A stretch of DNA of 64,000 bases from contig OZ219754.1 in the NCBI GenBank assembly GCA_964291295.2, positions 3,264,001 through 3,328,000 on the forward strand, written 5' to 3'. Within the stretch, counting starts at the first letter, position 1; each line of letters starts with the position of its first letter. This document shows, piece after piece, positions 1 to 11,813 of this stretch. The stretch is from an uncultured Candidatus Binatia bacterium (GTDB lineage: Bacteria; Desulfobacterota; Binatia; UBA9968; JAJDTQ01). A program made the position numbers and the translations under genes. Below the pieces are notes generated by a model that worked only from the letters and a program-made list of their open reading frames with translations, was not told where the DNA came from and ran no database searches.

Positions 1-2
1 GG

Positions 3-2323
<2,321 letters not shown>

Positions 2324-2362
2324 GGGGCCGGGGTATCCGGGCCTCCTTGTCCGGGATCCCGT

Positions 2363-4045
2363 TCATGGCCCGACACCCGTCCTGCGCGGATCCAGAGCGC
2401 CGGTGATGCGCTTGCCATCGACCCGGATGGCCTGCACTCCGCCGGGCAGACGGGTTCGCCGAACCCTGTGCCCCTTGCCCTGAAGCGCCGTTACCGCCTC
2501 GTCGCTGACGGCCGGTTCCACCTCCAGGGCCGTAGTTCCGCCGGACGGAACCCGAATGCGCGCCGCCGTCACCGCCTCGGCCGGAGGCATGCGGAAGTCC
2601 AGGACATTGAGGATGGCCTGGAGCACCGCCCCGGTCTCCTGCGCGCTGCCGGAAGCGCCGACGATGAGCACCGGCCGGTCGTCCCGGAGCAGGATCGCCG
2701 GCGTCATGCTGTTCACCGGACGCCGTCGCGGCTTGAGCGTTTCCAGGGCGGATGCCGTCGAGTTGCCCGGAAGCCAGAACTGCCGCATCCGGTTGTTGAG
2801 GATGACACCCGTCTCGCGCACCAGCACCTTGGAGCCGAACGGCCCCCCCATGCCGAGACCCATGGAGACGGCGTTGCCGTCGCCGTCCAGCACACCGATG
2901 TGGCGGGTGCCGTCCCGACCTCCGGCCAGGACCGCCGGCATGGCGCCGTCGGGCCGCGCCGCAACGTCCATCAAGATGGCCTCGCGCAGCGCGGAAGCGC
3001 GCCCGGCGGAGGTGAGCCGCTGAACCGGGATCTCGCCGGACTCCGGATCCCTCGCGTACTCCAGGAGGTCTGTCGTGACCGCCTTGATCGTCTCCGCCAC
3101 CAGGTGCAGGTAAGCCCCGGAGTTGTGGCGGAACTGATCCAGTCCGTAACCTTCCATGACGCTCAGGAGTCCCACCAGCGCCACACCTCCGAAGCTTGGC
3201 GGTGGCGCCGTGATCACGGCCCGGTCCCGGTAACCGCCGATGACCGGTCGGCGCCACACCGGCTTGTAGCTGTTGAGGTCGTCCGCGGTCACGTTCTTGA
3301 TCCGCGCGGCAATGGACTGCCCGATGGCGCCCTCGTAGAATGCCGCCGCCCCCTCTCTGGCAATGGTCTTGAGCGTCTCGGCCAGTTCCGGTTGCCGAAT
3401 GACCGCGCCCACGCCGCGAGGCGCGCCGGATGCGTTCAGGAAAAGGCGCGAGAAATTCGCGCGCTGCCGCAGCGCCGCAAGGTCCTTCGCAATGACGCGG
3501 CCCAGCCGGCGCGTTACCGGGAACCCTTCGGCGGCATGGCGCACCGCCGGCGCCATCACCGCCTCCAACGGCAGGCTTCCGAACCGCTTCAGGGCTTCGG
3601 CCAGTCCGGCCACGGTTCCCGGAACCGCCACCGCCAGGGCGCCGGTCTCCAGGAGATCCCGGCGAAGGTGGTCGCCCTCGCGATAGAGGTCCGGGGCGGC
3701 CGCTGCGGGCGACACCACGGTGAAGTCCAGCGCATGCGCCTTCTTGTCCCTCACCTGGTAGAACACCAGGGTTCCGCCCCCGCCCAGGCCCGACGAGGCC
3801 GGATCCACCACCGCCAGGGCGAACGCCGTCGCCACCGCAGCATCGACGGCATTGCCGCCCTGCTCCAGAATCTCCATGCCCGCCCTGGTGGCGGTATCGT
3901 GTTCCGACACCACCACGCCGTCGAGGCGGGTCTGCGCCGGAGCGGATGACCCGCCTGCAAGAAGCGAAATCCCGAGCAACAGGAGGGCGATGACAGAGCG
4001 GATTCGGACTGGAACGGTCATGACCCTGGGAGCCGTGGTGGTCAC
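2363..4045 (-). CDS. ggt: Gamma-glutamyltransferase family protein, secreted, with divergent active site
   Basis: GGNAVDAAVA, SGLGGGG, AVPGTVAG motifs; N-terminal signal peptide; small-subunit motifs degenerate (GTRH, VNSMTP, GASGS). Confidence 0.85.
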   Translation of the reverse strand: MTTTAPRVMTVPVRIRSVIALLLLGISLLAGGSSAPAQTRLDGVVVSEHDTATRAGMEILEQGGNAVDAAVATAFALAVVDPASSGLGGGGTLVFYQVRDKKAHALDFTVVSPAAAAPDLYREGDHLRRDLLETGALAVAVPGTVAGLAEALKRFGSLPLEAVMAPAVRHAAEGFPVTRRLGRVIAKDLAALRQRANFSRLFLNASGAPRGVGAVIRQPELAETLKTIAREGAAAFYEGAIGQSIAARIKNVTADDLNSYKPVWRRPVIGGYRDRAVITAPPPSFGGVALVGLLSVMEGYGLDQFRHNSGAYLHLVAETIKAVTTDLLEYARDPESGEIPVQRLTSAGRASALREAILMDVAARPDGAMPAVLAGGRDGTRHIGVLDGDGNAVSMGLGMGGPFGSKVLVRETGVILNNRMRQFWLPGNSTASALETLKPRRRPVNSMTPAILLRDDRPVLIVGASGSAQETGAVLQAILNVLDFRMPPAEAVTAARIRVPSGGTTALEVEPAVSDEAVTALQGKGHRVRRTRLPGGVQAIRVDGKRITGALDPRRTGVGP

Positions 4046-4215
4046 ACCATGACTGTTTATTTCTTTGTCGGTCGGTTTGCAACTGCCTGTCTTTCCGGGG
4101 AACGCGGGTTGTGTTAACCTCGTCCTGTTTCCTCACCTGCCAGCCGCGGGGCGCGTCGCGAGAAGCCCCGCAGACAACCGGAGAAGACCACCGGAAAGGA
4201 CCACCGGAGAAGACT

Positions 4216-6210
4216 TTGGCGCGCAAATACGTCCTCAAGAACATCGCTCCATCGCCAGCGGCATCCACCGTCCGTTTCGAGGAGGAACTCAACGAGGCGC
4301 AACATGAGGCGGCGATGTCTCTGGAGGGTCCGCTGCTGGTGGTGGCCGGAGCCGGCACCGGAAAGACCCGGACCCTCGTTTACCGGGTCGCCCGGCTGAT
4401 CGAACGAGGTATCGACCCGCAATCCGTCCTGCTGCTCACCTTCACCCGTCGGGCGGCGGAAGAGATGCTGCGGCGGGCGAGCCTGCTGACCGACTCCCGC
4501 TGCGAACGCATTGCCGGCGGCACCTTCCACTCGTTCGGCAACATGGTGCTGCGTCAGTACGGCCCGGTCATGGGACTGATGCCCGGCTTCACCATCATGG
4601 ACCGCTCCGACAGCGAGGACGTGATCCAGCTCCTGCGTGCCGAAATGGGTCTCGACAGGCGCGAGAAGCGCTTCCCCAGAAAGCAGACCATCGCGGAGAT
4701 CCAGAGCCTGGCGCGGAACCGGCAGATGCCCCTGACCGAACTGGTCGAGCGCGAGTATTCACACCTGGCGGACTTCCTGGAGGAGTTGTCGGCCATCGCG
4801 GAGCGCTACCACGACTACAAGCGCGAGAAGCTGCTGTTGGACTACGACGATCTGCTCACCTGCCTCAAGGAGCTGCTGGAATCGCACGAGGACCTGCGGC
4901 AGCGCCTGTCGGACCGCTTTCGCTTCATCATGGTGGACGAGTACCAGGACACCAACCGGCTGCAGTCCGACATCATCCGCCGACTGGCCTGTACCCATAG
5001 CAATGTCATGGCGGTGGGCGACGACGCCCAGAGCATCTACTCGTTCCGCGGCGCCGACTTCCGGAACATCATGGACTTCCCCGCCCAGTTTCCCGGAACG
5101 AGGATCATTCCGCTTGAGGAGAACTACCGCAGCACCCAGCCCATTCTCAGGCTCACCAACGAGATCATCCGCCGGGCGCAGGAACGCTACGACAAGAACC
5201 TGTACAGCCGCAAGAGAGAAGGAGCGAGGCCGCTGCTGGTGCAGGCGGAGAGCGAGCACACCCAGTCACGGTTCGTGTGTCAGCGCGTGCTGGAACTGCG
5301 CGAGGAGGGAATTCCCCTGTGGGACATGGCGGTGCTGTTCCGCTCGAGCTTCCATTCCTTCGATCTCGAGATCGAACTCGCCCGCCACGACATTCCTTTC
5401 GTGAAACGCGGCGGCATCCAGTTCATGGAGACGGCCCACATCAAGGATGTGCTGGCGCACCTGCGCATCATCAGCAACCCCAGGGACGCCATCTCCTGGA
5501 GCCGGGTTCTCATGCTGCTGGAGGGCGTGGGGCCGCAGATGAGCCGCAAGCTCGTCGAACAACTCCTGGCCGAGGACGATCCGGGCCGGCACCTGAGGGA
5601 GCTCGAGTCTCGCGGGAAGACGCAACAGCCGCTCAAGACCCTGGGACAGGTTCTGGGCGAGTGTTCCGAGCGGACGCGGCCGGCGGACATGGCACAGTAC
5701 CTGATGCAGTACTACCTGCCGATCCTCAAGCGAAAGCACGCCGACGACTACCCCAAGCGGCTGCGGGACCTGGAACACTTCCTGGGCCTCACCGAACGCT
5801 ACCGGAGCGTCGAGCGGCTGTTGAGCGACATGGCGCTGGATCCGCCCGCCGCGAGCGTGGACGAAGACCTGCCGGTGGATCCGGACGAGGGCCCCCTGGT
5901 GCTGTCCACCATTCATTCCGCCAAGGGCCTGGAATGGCATTCCGTGTTCGTCATCTGGGCGCTGGAAGGACGCTTTCCTTCCTACCACAACATCCACAGC
6001 AGCGCGGAGCTGGAAGAGGAGCGAAGACTGCTGTACGTGGCCGCCACCCGAGCCAAGGAAAACCTCCTGTTCGCCTACCCGTCGCGCGTGTACGACCGTT
6101 CCCTGGGCATGGTGTTCTCGCAGCCCTCCCAGTTCATCGACGGGATCTCCGAGGAACTGCTGGAACCCATGTCGCTGGTCCATGAAGAGGGATACTACGG
6201 TCAACTCTGA
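4216..6210 (+). CDS. UvrD/PcrA/Rep family ATP-dependent DNA helicase
   Basis: AGAGTGKT, TFHS, VDEYQD, VGDDAQSIY, ENYRS, HSAKGLEW, EERRLLYVAATRA; likely TTG start at 4216 after GGAGA. Confidence 0.93.
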   Translation: MARKYVLKNIAPSPAASTVRFEEELNEAQHEAAMSLEGPLLVVAGAGTGKTRTLVYRVARLIERGIDPQSVLLLTFTRRAAEEMLRRASLLTDSRCERIAGGTFHSFGNMVLRQYGPVMGLMPGFTIMDRSDSEDVIQLLRAEMGLDRREKRFPRKQTIAEIQSLARNRQMPLTELVEREYSHLADFLEELSAIAERYHDYKREKLLLDYDDLLTCLKELLESHEDLRQRLSDRFRFIMVDEYQDTNRLQSDIIRRLACTHSNVMAVGDDAQSIYSFRGADFRNIMDFPAQFPGTRIIPLEENYRSTQPILRLTNEIIRRAQERYDKNLYSRKREGARPLLVQAESEHTQSRFVCQRVLELREEGIPLWDMAVLFRSSFHSFDLEIELARHDIPFVKRGGIQFMETAHIKDVLAHLRIISNPRDAISWSRVLMLLEGVGPQMSRKLVEQLLAEDDPGRHLRELESRGKTQQPLKTLGQVLGECSERTRPADMAQYLMQYYLPILKRKHADDYPKRLRDLEHFLGLTERYRSVERLLSDMALDPPAASVDEDLPVDPDEGPLVLSTIHSAKGLEWHSVFVIWALEGRFPSYHNIHSSAELEEERRLLYVAATRAKENLLFAYPSRVYDRSLGMVFSQPSQFIDGISEELLEPMSLVHEEGYYGQL

Positions 6211-6304
6211 AGCGGCTCCGGACGCCGGCCAGGGTGCGCGGGCACCAGGCGGCGCCGTCTTGCCCGGCTGACGGACCACCGGCCACGGACTTCCCATCCC
6301 TCAC

Positions 6305-7201
6305 GTGTCACCCGGATCCATCATAGCCGCCATACGGGCGTCCCTGGGGCGTGGCTGGGCCAGAACGCTGTACGAGCAGAACACCGGTTACCACCGGATA
6401 CGGGTGGAACAAACCCGGGAACACCGCCTCCTCTACTTCGACGGCACGCTGCAGAGTTCCATGGACCGGCGCAACCCCGCGTCGCTGGAGTTGCTCTATT
6501 CCCGATTCGCCTCCCTGGGGCTGGTGTTCCGGCCGGACGCGGCCAGAGTGCTGATCATCGGCCTGGGCGGCGGCTCCATGGCCAAGAAGTATCACCAGGA
6601 GTTCCCGGAGATGGAGATCGACTCCATCGAGATAGATCCGGACGTGGTGGAGGTCGCCCGCCAGTATTTCGATTTCCGGGTGGACGCGCGCCAGCGGGTC
6701 CACAGCGGCGACGGCCGCGAGTTCCTGGCGCGCGCCAGGGAGCCCTTTGACATGATTCTGCTGGACGCCTACTACGCGGACAACATGCCATTCCACCTGG
6801 TGACACACGAGTTCTTCGCCACCGCCCGGGACAAGATGACCGCGCAGGGCGTGCTGGTGGCCAATCTCATCGGATCGCTCCGGGGTCCGGACAGCACCCG
6901 GATCCGCGCCGCCATCAAGACACTCGGCCACGTGTTTTCCCAAATCTACACCTTTGCCATGTTCGGCAACCGCGGCTCGGTACTGAACGAGATCCAGAAC
7001 GTCGTGGTGCTGGCGAGCAAGGCGCCGGACCGCATGAGCATGAAGGAGATGGAACGGCGGGCCGCCGGTCTCGGACGGGATCTCTTCCCCGAGCCCATCA
7101 GCAAGATCCGCAGATCCTACTACACGGGTCCACTGGAACAGGACGATGTCGAGCTTCTCACCGATGATGCGGCGCCTCTTGACGATCGGGTGCGCCTCTA
7201 G
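6305..7201 (+). CDS. Spermidine synthase-like SAM-dependent methyltransferase
   Basis: IIGLGGGS, IEIDPDVV, DGREFL, ILLDAY, LTDDAAP motifs. Confidence 0.85.
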   Translation: MSPGSIIAAIRASLGRGWARTLYEQNTGYHRIRVEQTREHRLLYFDGTLQSSMDRRNPASLELLYSRFASLGLVFRPDAARVLIIGLGGGSMAKKYHQEFPEMEIDSIEIDPDVVEVARQYFDFRVDARQRVHSGDGREFLARAREPFDMILLDAYYADNMPFHLVTHEFFATARDKMTAQGVLVANLIGSLRGPDSTRIRAAIKTLGHVFSQIYTFAMFGNRGSVLNEIQNVVVLASKAPDRMSMKEMERRAAGLGRDLFPEPISKIRRSYYTGPLEQDDVELLTDDAAPLDDRVRL

Positions 7202-7859
7202 CGTTCTCCTGCTGGCCGGCTGCGCCCGTCCGTGGGAGGACGACACCTTTCGGAAGGTGCGCATCGTGCGCGTCAAGCTGGTGGCCGATCCGGCCCTGCG
7301 CCGGGCCGACCCGAGTTGGCGCGACACCGCCAAGGATCTGCTGCGCGCGGCATCCGACTATTACGAGGACAACTTCGGCATTCGCCTGGCCCATCAATCC
7401 ACCGGCGCCTGGCACGTGGCCGGCACCACCACTTCGTCGGTCACCCTGATGAAACGCCTCAAGCGTTCGTTCCCGCGGGCCGGCGGCGACCAGCCCCACG
7501 ATGTGGTGATCGGACTGACCCGGCAGCCGCTCAACTTCTACAAGGGAGGCCGGGCACGGGCCGACCGTTTCGGCAACTGCACGCAGGGGCTGGGAAACTA
7601 TATCGTGAGCCACGTGGGCGAGTCCTTCGACTACCACGACGGGGATTTGACCCACGACGCGGTGGCGGTGATCCACGAGATGGGGCACCTCATGGGAGCC
7701 GTTCACACCGACGATCCCGAGTCGGTGATGCACCGGGACTTCGATCTCAGAACCGGCTTCGACGCCCCCAATCGCGCCATCGTCATGGCGAACCGGCTAT
7801 GCCCCTTCGCCCGACCCCACCGCGGCACCCGGAACCAGGTCCAGCCGAACGGACCCTGA
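7164..7859 (+). CDS. Metzincin (M12/reprolysin-like) metallopeptidase lipoprotein
   Basis: Lipobox LLAGC; HEMGHLMGAVH zinc motif followed by SVM Met-turn. Confidence 0.75.
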   Translation: MMRRLLTIGCASSVLLLAGCARPWEDDTFRKVRIVRVKLVADPALRRADPSWRDTAKDLLRAASDYYEDNFGIRLAHQSTGAWHVAGTTTSSVTLMKRLKRSFPRAGGDQPHDVVIGLTRQPLNFYKGGRARADRFGNCTQGLGNYIVSHVGESFDYHDGDLTHDAVAVIHEMGHLMGAVHTDDPESVMHRDFDLRTGFDAPNRAIVMANRLCPFARPHRGTRNQVQPNGP

Positions 7860-8099
7860 CCCGCTGCGCAGAGACGGAGACGTCCGGTGAAAGGAGGGAT
7901 GGGGCCGCTTCAGTTGAAAGAGACCGCAGCAAGGAAGGCGGACCCCGCGGCGTTCCCGGGACAGATCATGATCTCGCTGGAACAGGCGGACCTCGTGCCG
8001 ACAACCGGGGGACCGGCGGCTTCCGCCCCACCGGCCTCCGGATGGGATTCCGTTGCGCGAAGTCTACACATCACGCGACTGCGCCGAGACCCCGCTTCG

Positions 8100-8672
8100 T
8101 CAGCGGCTTCCGTCCGGATTCCCACCCGACCGGCGCGCCCAGGGTTCGAGTTCATCGCCCTCTCGCGCCCTCCCCTCGGCAGCCCGCGGCTCGTTCCCGG
8201 AATGCCCCAGGATCTGGTCGGCGATGATTCCCAGGTCCCCCGTTGCCGATCGGTTCAGGTCGTTTTCAATCTCGGTCAGGTCTCTCTCGCACAAGCCGCC
8301 CAAGACCTTGACGATCAATGGCAACGCAGTCGCGCGGGTCTGTACCTTGCTCGCATCAACACCGTGCGACTTCAGGAATCGCCTGACACGCGACAGGTCG
8401 GGGAGATACCGTTTGTTCTCGTAGGCGCGAGCGATTCGTTCCACCAGCGGGAACGTCCGTGCATCGATTTCGGCTTCCTGCAGCAACTCGGGAAGTTTCC
8501 TGGTGCCACGACGGCTGTTCGACATTCTTTTCCTGACGGTGTCTACTTCCCGCTCGATGGTTTCAAATTCCACGTTCTCGGCTTGCGCAAGGGCGGCAAT
8601 CACCCGCTTCCGCCCGTACTCGGCGACGAGCAGCTTCGTGCGAAGCGCCAGAGCCTGGTTCACCATCGTCAT
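8100..8672 (-). CDS. Hypothetical helical protein translationally coupled to parA
   Basis: ATG at 8672 overlaps the parA stop (ATGA); about 190 aa; no recognisable ParB motif. Confidence 0.65.
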   Translation of the reverse strand: MTMVNQALALRTKLLVAEYGRKRVIAALAQAENVEFETIEREVDTVRKRMSNSRRGTRKLPELLQEAEIDARTFPLVERIARAYENKRYLPDLSRVRRFLKSHGVDASKVQTRATALPLIVKVLGGLCERDLTEIENDLNRSATGDLGIIADQILGHSGNEPRAAEGRAREGDELEPWARRSGGNPDGSR

Positions 8673-9516
8673 TTCGTTACACCCACAGCTGCCAGAATCT
8701 CGTTCTTGAGACCCCTGAAACCGCCTATCCGATTCCACCGCGTATAAGGCGTGCAGGACAACGGCAATCCCTTGCGCGCCGCCACCGCATACGACCGCGA
8801 ATACGGAATCTGATAGTCGAAAATACGCCAACCGTATTGGCCGGCCACACCACGCACTTCTTCAATGGCGCGGGTTTTCTCCATGTTGCCGGAGTACTCG
8901 GATTGGTCATTCAGCACCAGCCCGCAAATCTCAAGTTCGTGATCTTTGTTCTCCAGTCCAAAATCGCGTATGGATCTCGCAAGAAGTGGCAAACCAATGG
9001 TCGCCATGAATTCCGGCTTAACCGGAACGACCACATAGCGGCTGGCAAAATATGCCGCGTCGGTCAGAACCGACTCGGTGGGTGCGCAGTCGATTACAAC
9101 CAAGTCATAACGTTCACTCACCTGCCCAATCGCCCGGGCCAGCCTGCGCTCTTTGTCGGTCGGATTCTTCAGCGTTCTACTCAGTTCCAATCGCGACGCG
9201 ATGAGATTCAGGTTGTCGCTACCGTATCCAACCCCCCGGATAATCACGTCATTGACGTCGACCCGTTTCGGACTGCCGTCGGATCCTGCGGCCGGGATGT
9301 AATCCTCAAGAATCTGTACCACCGTCGGCCGACTGTCCTCGACGTGTCGCACATAATCCTCCGGACCCATGAGGCTATGGCTCAGGTTGGACTGCGGATC
9401 CAGATCGATCGCCAACACCCGCAGTCCGTCAGCTGCGGCCGCGTGCGCAAGCCGGGAGGCCATCGTGGTCTTGCCTACCCCCCCTTCATGTTTATCAAGC
9501 TGACGACGACGGCCAT
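8669..9516 (-). pseudogene. parA: ParA/Soj family ATPase with a 1-base deletion in a G7 run in Walker A (pseudogene, phase variant or sequencing error)
   Basis: ATG at 9516 reads MAVVVSLINMKGG then TAG; one extra G restores MKGGVGKTTMA and joins the 8669..9463 ORF (IDLDPQSNL, IDCAPT). Confidence 0.85.
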
Positions 9517-9718
9517 CGGACTGAACCCCCTTTATTCTCCAAGCTTGTCAGGGTATGCCCCCGGCGAAAGATCGTCAAGCAGGTGTGGGCACGGCTCACG
9601 GCGGGGTTGAGCTTTGAGCATTCCTTCTGCCTGACAAGGTGTTGATGACGGCGGGAACCACAACCGGAATACACCTTGAACAACCCGCCAAGATTCGGGA
9701 AACAGTGTCATGGCGGTG

Positions 9719-11212
9719 TCATCGGCTGACGGACCATGGGTCGTGGCCGTCGGTGGTCTCGTGCTCCAGGTCACCGTATCGTAGGATCCATTGCCCGCCC
9801 GGATGCTGTCCGGCACCCACCGCAAAGGGGTCGGGATGGCCCACCGCCGCCCAGTCACGGTTGTCGCCGTGCTTCTCCGCCAACTCGATCAGCACGCGAG
9901 CGGCTTCTTTCCGGGCTGTCTCCTCGTCGGGTTGCCAAAAGGAGACTTCCGGAAAACTGGACTCATCGCGGTCTGTGCCTTCCGAATGCCAGAATTGCAG
10001 CATCCATCGAACCGCCTGCGGTACGCGCGCCACCGGCGGCTCCCTCCGCTCGAACCTTTCAAGCACCCCACCCAGATCGACCAGCGGCACCACCTCCACA
10101 TCCCGTCGCAACTGGCGCTGTCCACCACCGTAGACAACCGCCTTCCGAAAGACTTGCGGCAGCATTGCGGACACTCGGTCGATGGCACTGAAGTAGTCGG
10201 CGGCAACCGTCGAACCGGACTTGATCTCGATAACGCCGAGGTCTCCCCCATACTCGCACACCAAGTCGCATTCCAACCCTCGGGTATCGCGGAAGAACGA
10301 CAGGTTGGACTGTTGGCCGCGGTTGAAGCGATGTTTGAGAGCCTCCACGACCGCGGCATTTTCGAACAACGGCCCCCGGAGCGGATGCGTGCCGATCTGG
10401 CCGGCATGCTCGATGCCGATGAGATGGCTCGCCAGCCCCACATCATGGAAGTAGAGCCTGGGTGACCGGACCAGGCGCTTTCGCATGTTGGCGTGAAAGG
10501 GCTGGAGCTGAAAAGTCAGGTAGCTCGCCTCCAGGAGCCTCATCCATTGGCGGGCCGTGGTGTGGGACACCCCGGCATCCGCGCCCAGCGACGACAGATT
10601 GACGAGCTGCCCCACACGTCCGGCGCACAGCCGCACGAAACGCTGAAAGCTGGACAGATTCCGGATATTCCCGATTCTGCGCACATCACGTTCAACGTAG
10701 GTCTCGAAGTAATCCCGAAGCGCCTCCCTGGGTTCGAGTTTCTGATCGTGAATTCGGGGATAGCAGCCAGAGTACAGGATATCGTCGACATCACCGCTCG
10801 CACCCGTCTGGTGACGTTCCTTCAGAGAGAAGGGTAGCAGTCGAAGCAATGCGGTGCGCCCGGCGAGGGATTGGCTGATGGCGTCGGAGAGAGCGAACTG
10901 CTCGCTGCCGGTGAGGACGAAGAGGCTGTTCCGGTGCAGTTCGTCAGCAAGCACCTGCAAGTAGGAAAGGAGTGCCGGAACGCGCTGAACTTCGTCAAGG
11001 ATGGCACCGCCGACAAGTGGCATGAGGAAGCCCTTGGGGTCGGACTCGGCGAATTCCCGTTGTTCGGGGGCTTCGAGGTTGACATACTTGAGACCGGGGA
11101 AAGCTCCGCGGCATAGCGTGGTCTTGCCCGACTGTCGCGGTCCGGTCACGGTGACGAAGGGGTACTGCTCGAACAGCCTGACCAGGCAGGGCGTGATTTC
11201 TCGCTCGATCAT
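9719..11212 (-). CDS. AAA_14 + DUF4143 ATPase with about 110-aa C-terminal extension
   Basis: GPRQSGKTT, ILDEVQRVP, LTGS, YVERDV, LFEN, ECDLV...IEIKS. Confidence 0.88.
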   Translation of the reverse strand: MIEREITPCLVRLFEQYPFVTVTGPRQSGKTTLCRGAFPGLKYVNLEAPEQREFAESDPKGFLMPLVGGAILDEVQRVPALLSYLQVLADELHRNSLFVLTGSEQFALSDAISQSLAGRTALLRLLPFSLKERHQTGASGDVDDILYSGCYPRIHDQKLEPREALRDYFETYVERDVRRIGNIRNLSSFQRFVRLCAGRVGQLVNLSSLGADAGVSHTTARQWMRLLEASYLTFQLQPFHANMRKRLVRSPRLYFHDVGLASHLIGIEHAGQIGTHPLRGPLFENAAVVEALKHRFNRGQQSNLSFFRDTRGLECDLVCEYGGDLGVIEIKSGSTVAADYFSAIDRVSAMLPQVFRKAVVYGGGQRQLRRDVEVVPLVDLGGVLERFERREPPVARVPQAVRWMLQFWHSEGTDRDESSFPEVSFWQPDEETARKEAARVLIELAEKHGDNRDWAAVGHPDPFAVGAGQHPGGQWILRYGDLEHETTDGHDPWSVSR

Positions 11213-11238
11213 GGTGCCGAGCATAGCCCTTCAAGTGA

Positions 11239-11284
11239 AATTTGCAAGTACTACTTTCAATTTGCACGGCCTGTCGAATTTGCG
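11239..11284. promoter_or_regulatory. Three AATTTGC boxes upstream of the DUF4143 gene, candidate operator
   Basis: aatttgca at 11239, aatttgca at 11259 and aatttgcg at 11277 in an AT-rich patch. Confidence 0.4.
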
Positions 11285-11813
11285 CAGTCTGTCGAGCTTT
11301 TTTGTCTTGTTCTTTGCCTTGATTCCCGGTCATGGCGCGGGACGAGCGGTTCGACGGAATCCGAAGCCTCGTCAACGGCAGTCCGGGTCGCTCCATTGTC
11401 GGACAGCCGCTTCGGGAGTGCCGGCGCGGTCATTCGGCTCGACGATTTCCGAGGTCAAGCGGAGCGCCGAGTGCCGGCGGTGCCACTCCCGCGCATCCGT
11501 TGCCGTGTGCCTGGCCCGACGTTGCGGCATCCGTGGCGGCGGCACCAGGTCTGCGCGTCGGGTGTCTTGCGCCCGCCTTCGCCAGTGCGGTAGTTAACGG
11601 CGAGCGACGTGGCGCCGGAGGGCTGCCGGAGGGCGGGACGCAGCGGCCGAAGTCGACTGGCCTGCGACGGACCTGTCATCCCCGGCGACCCACGGCATGT
11701 CTTCGAGTTCCCGGGGCTCGACGGTGCGCCGGGTGCGCGTGTCCTCGGAACGCAGGCTTGCCCTTTGAACCTGTTTTGCGGATGCGGTTCGAACCACACC
11801 CGGATGGAGGCGG

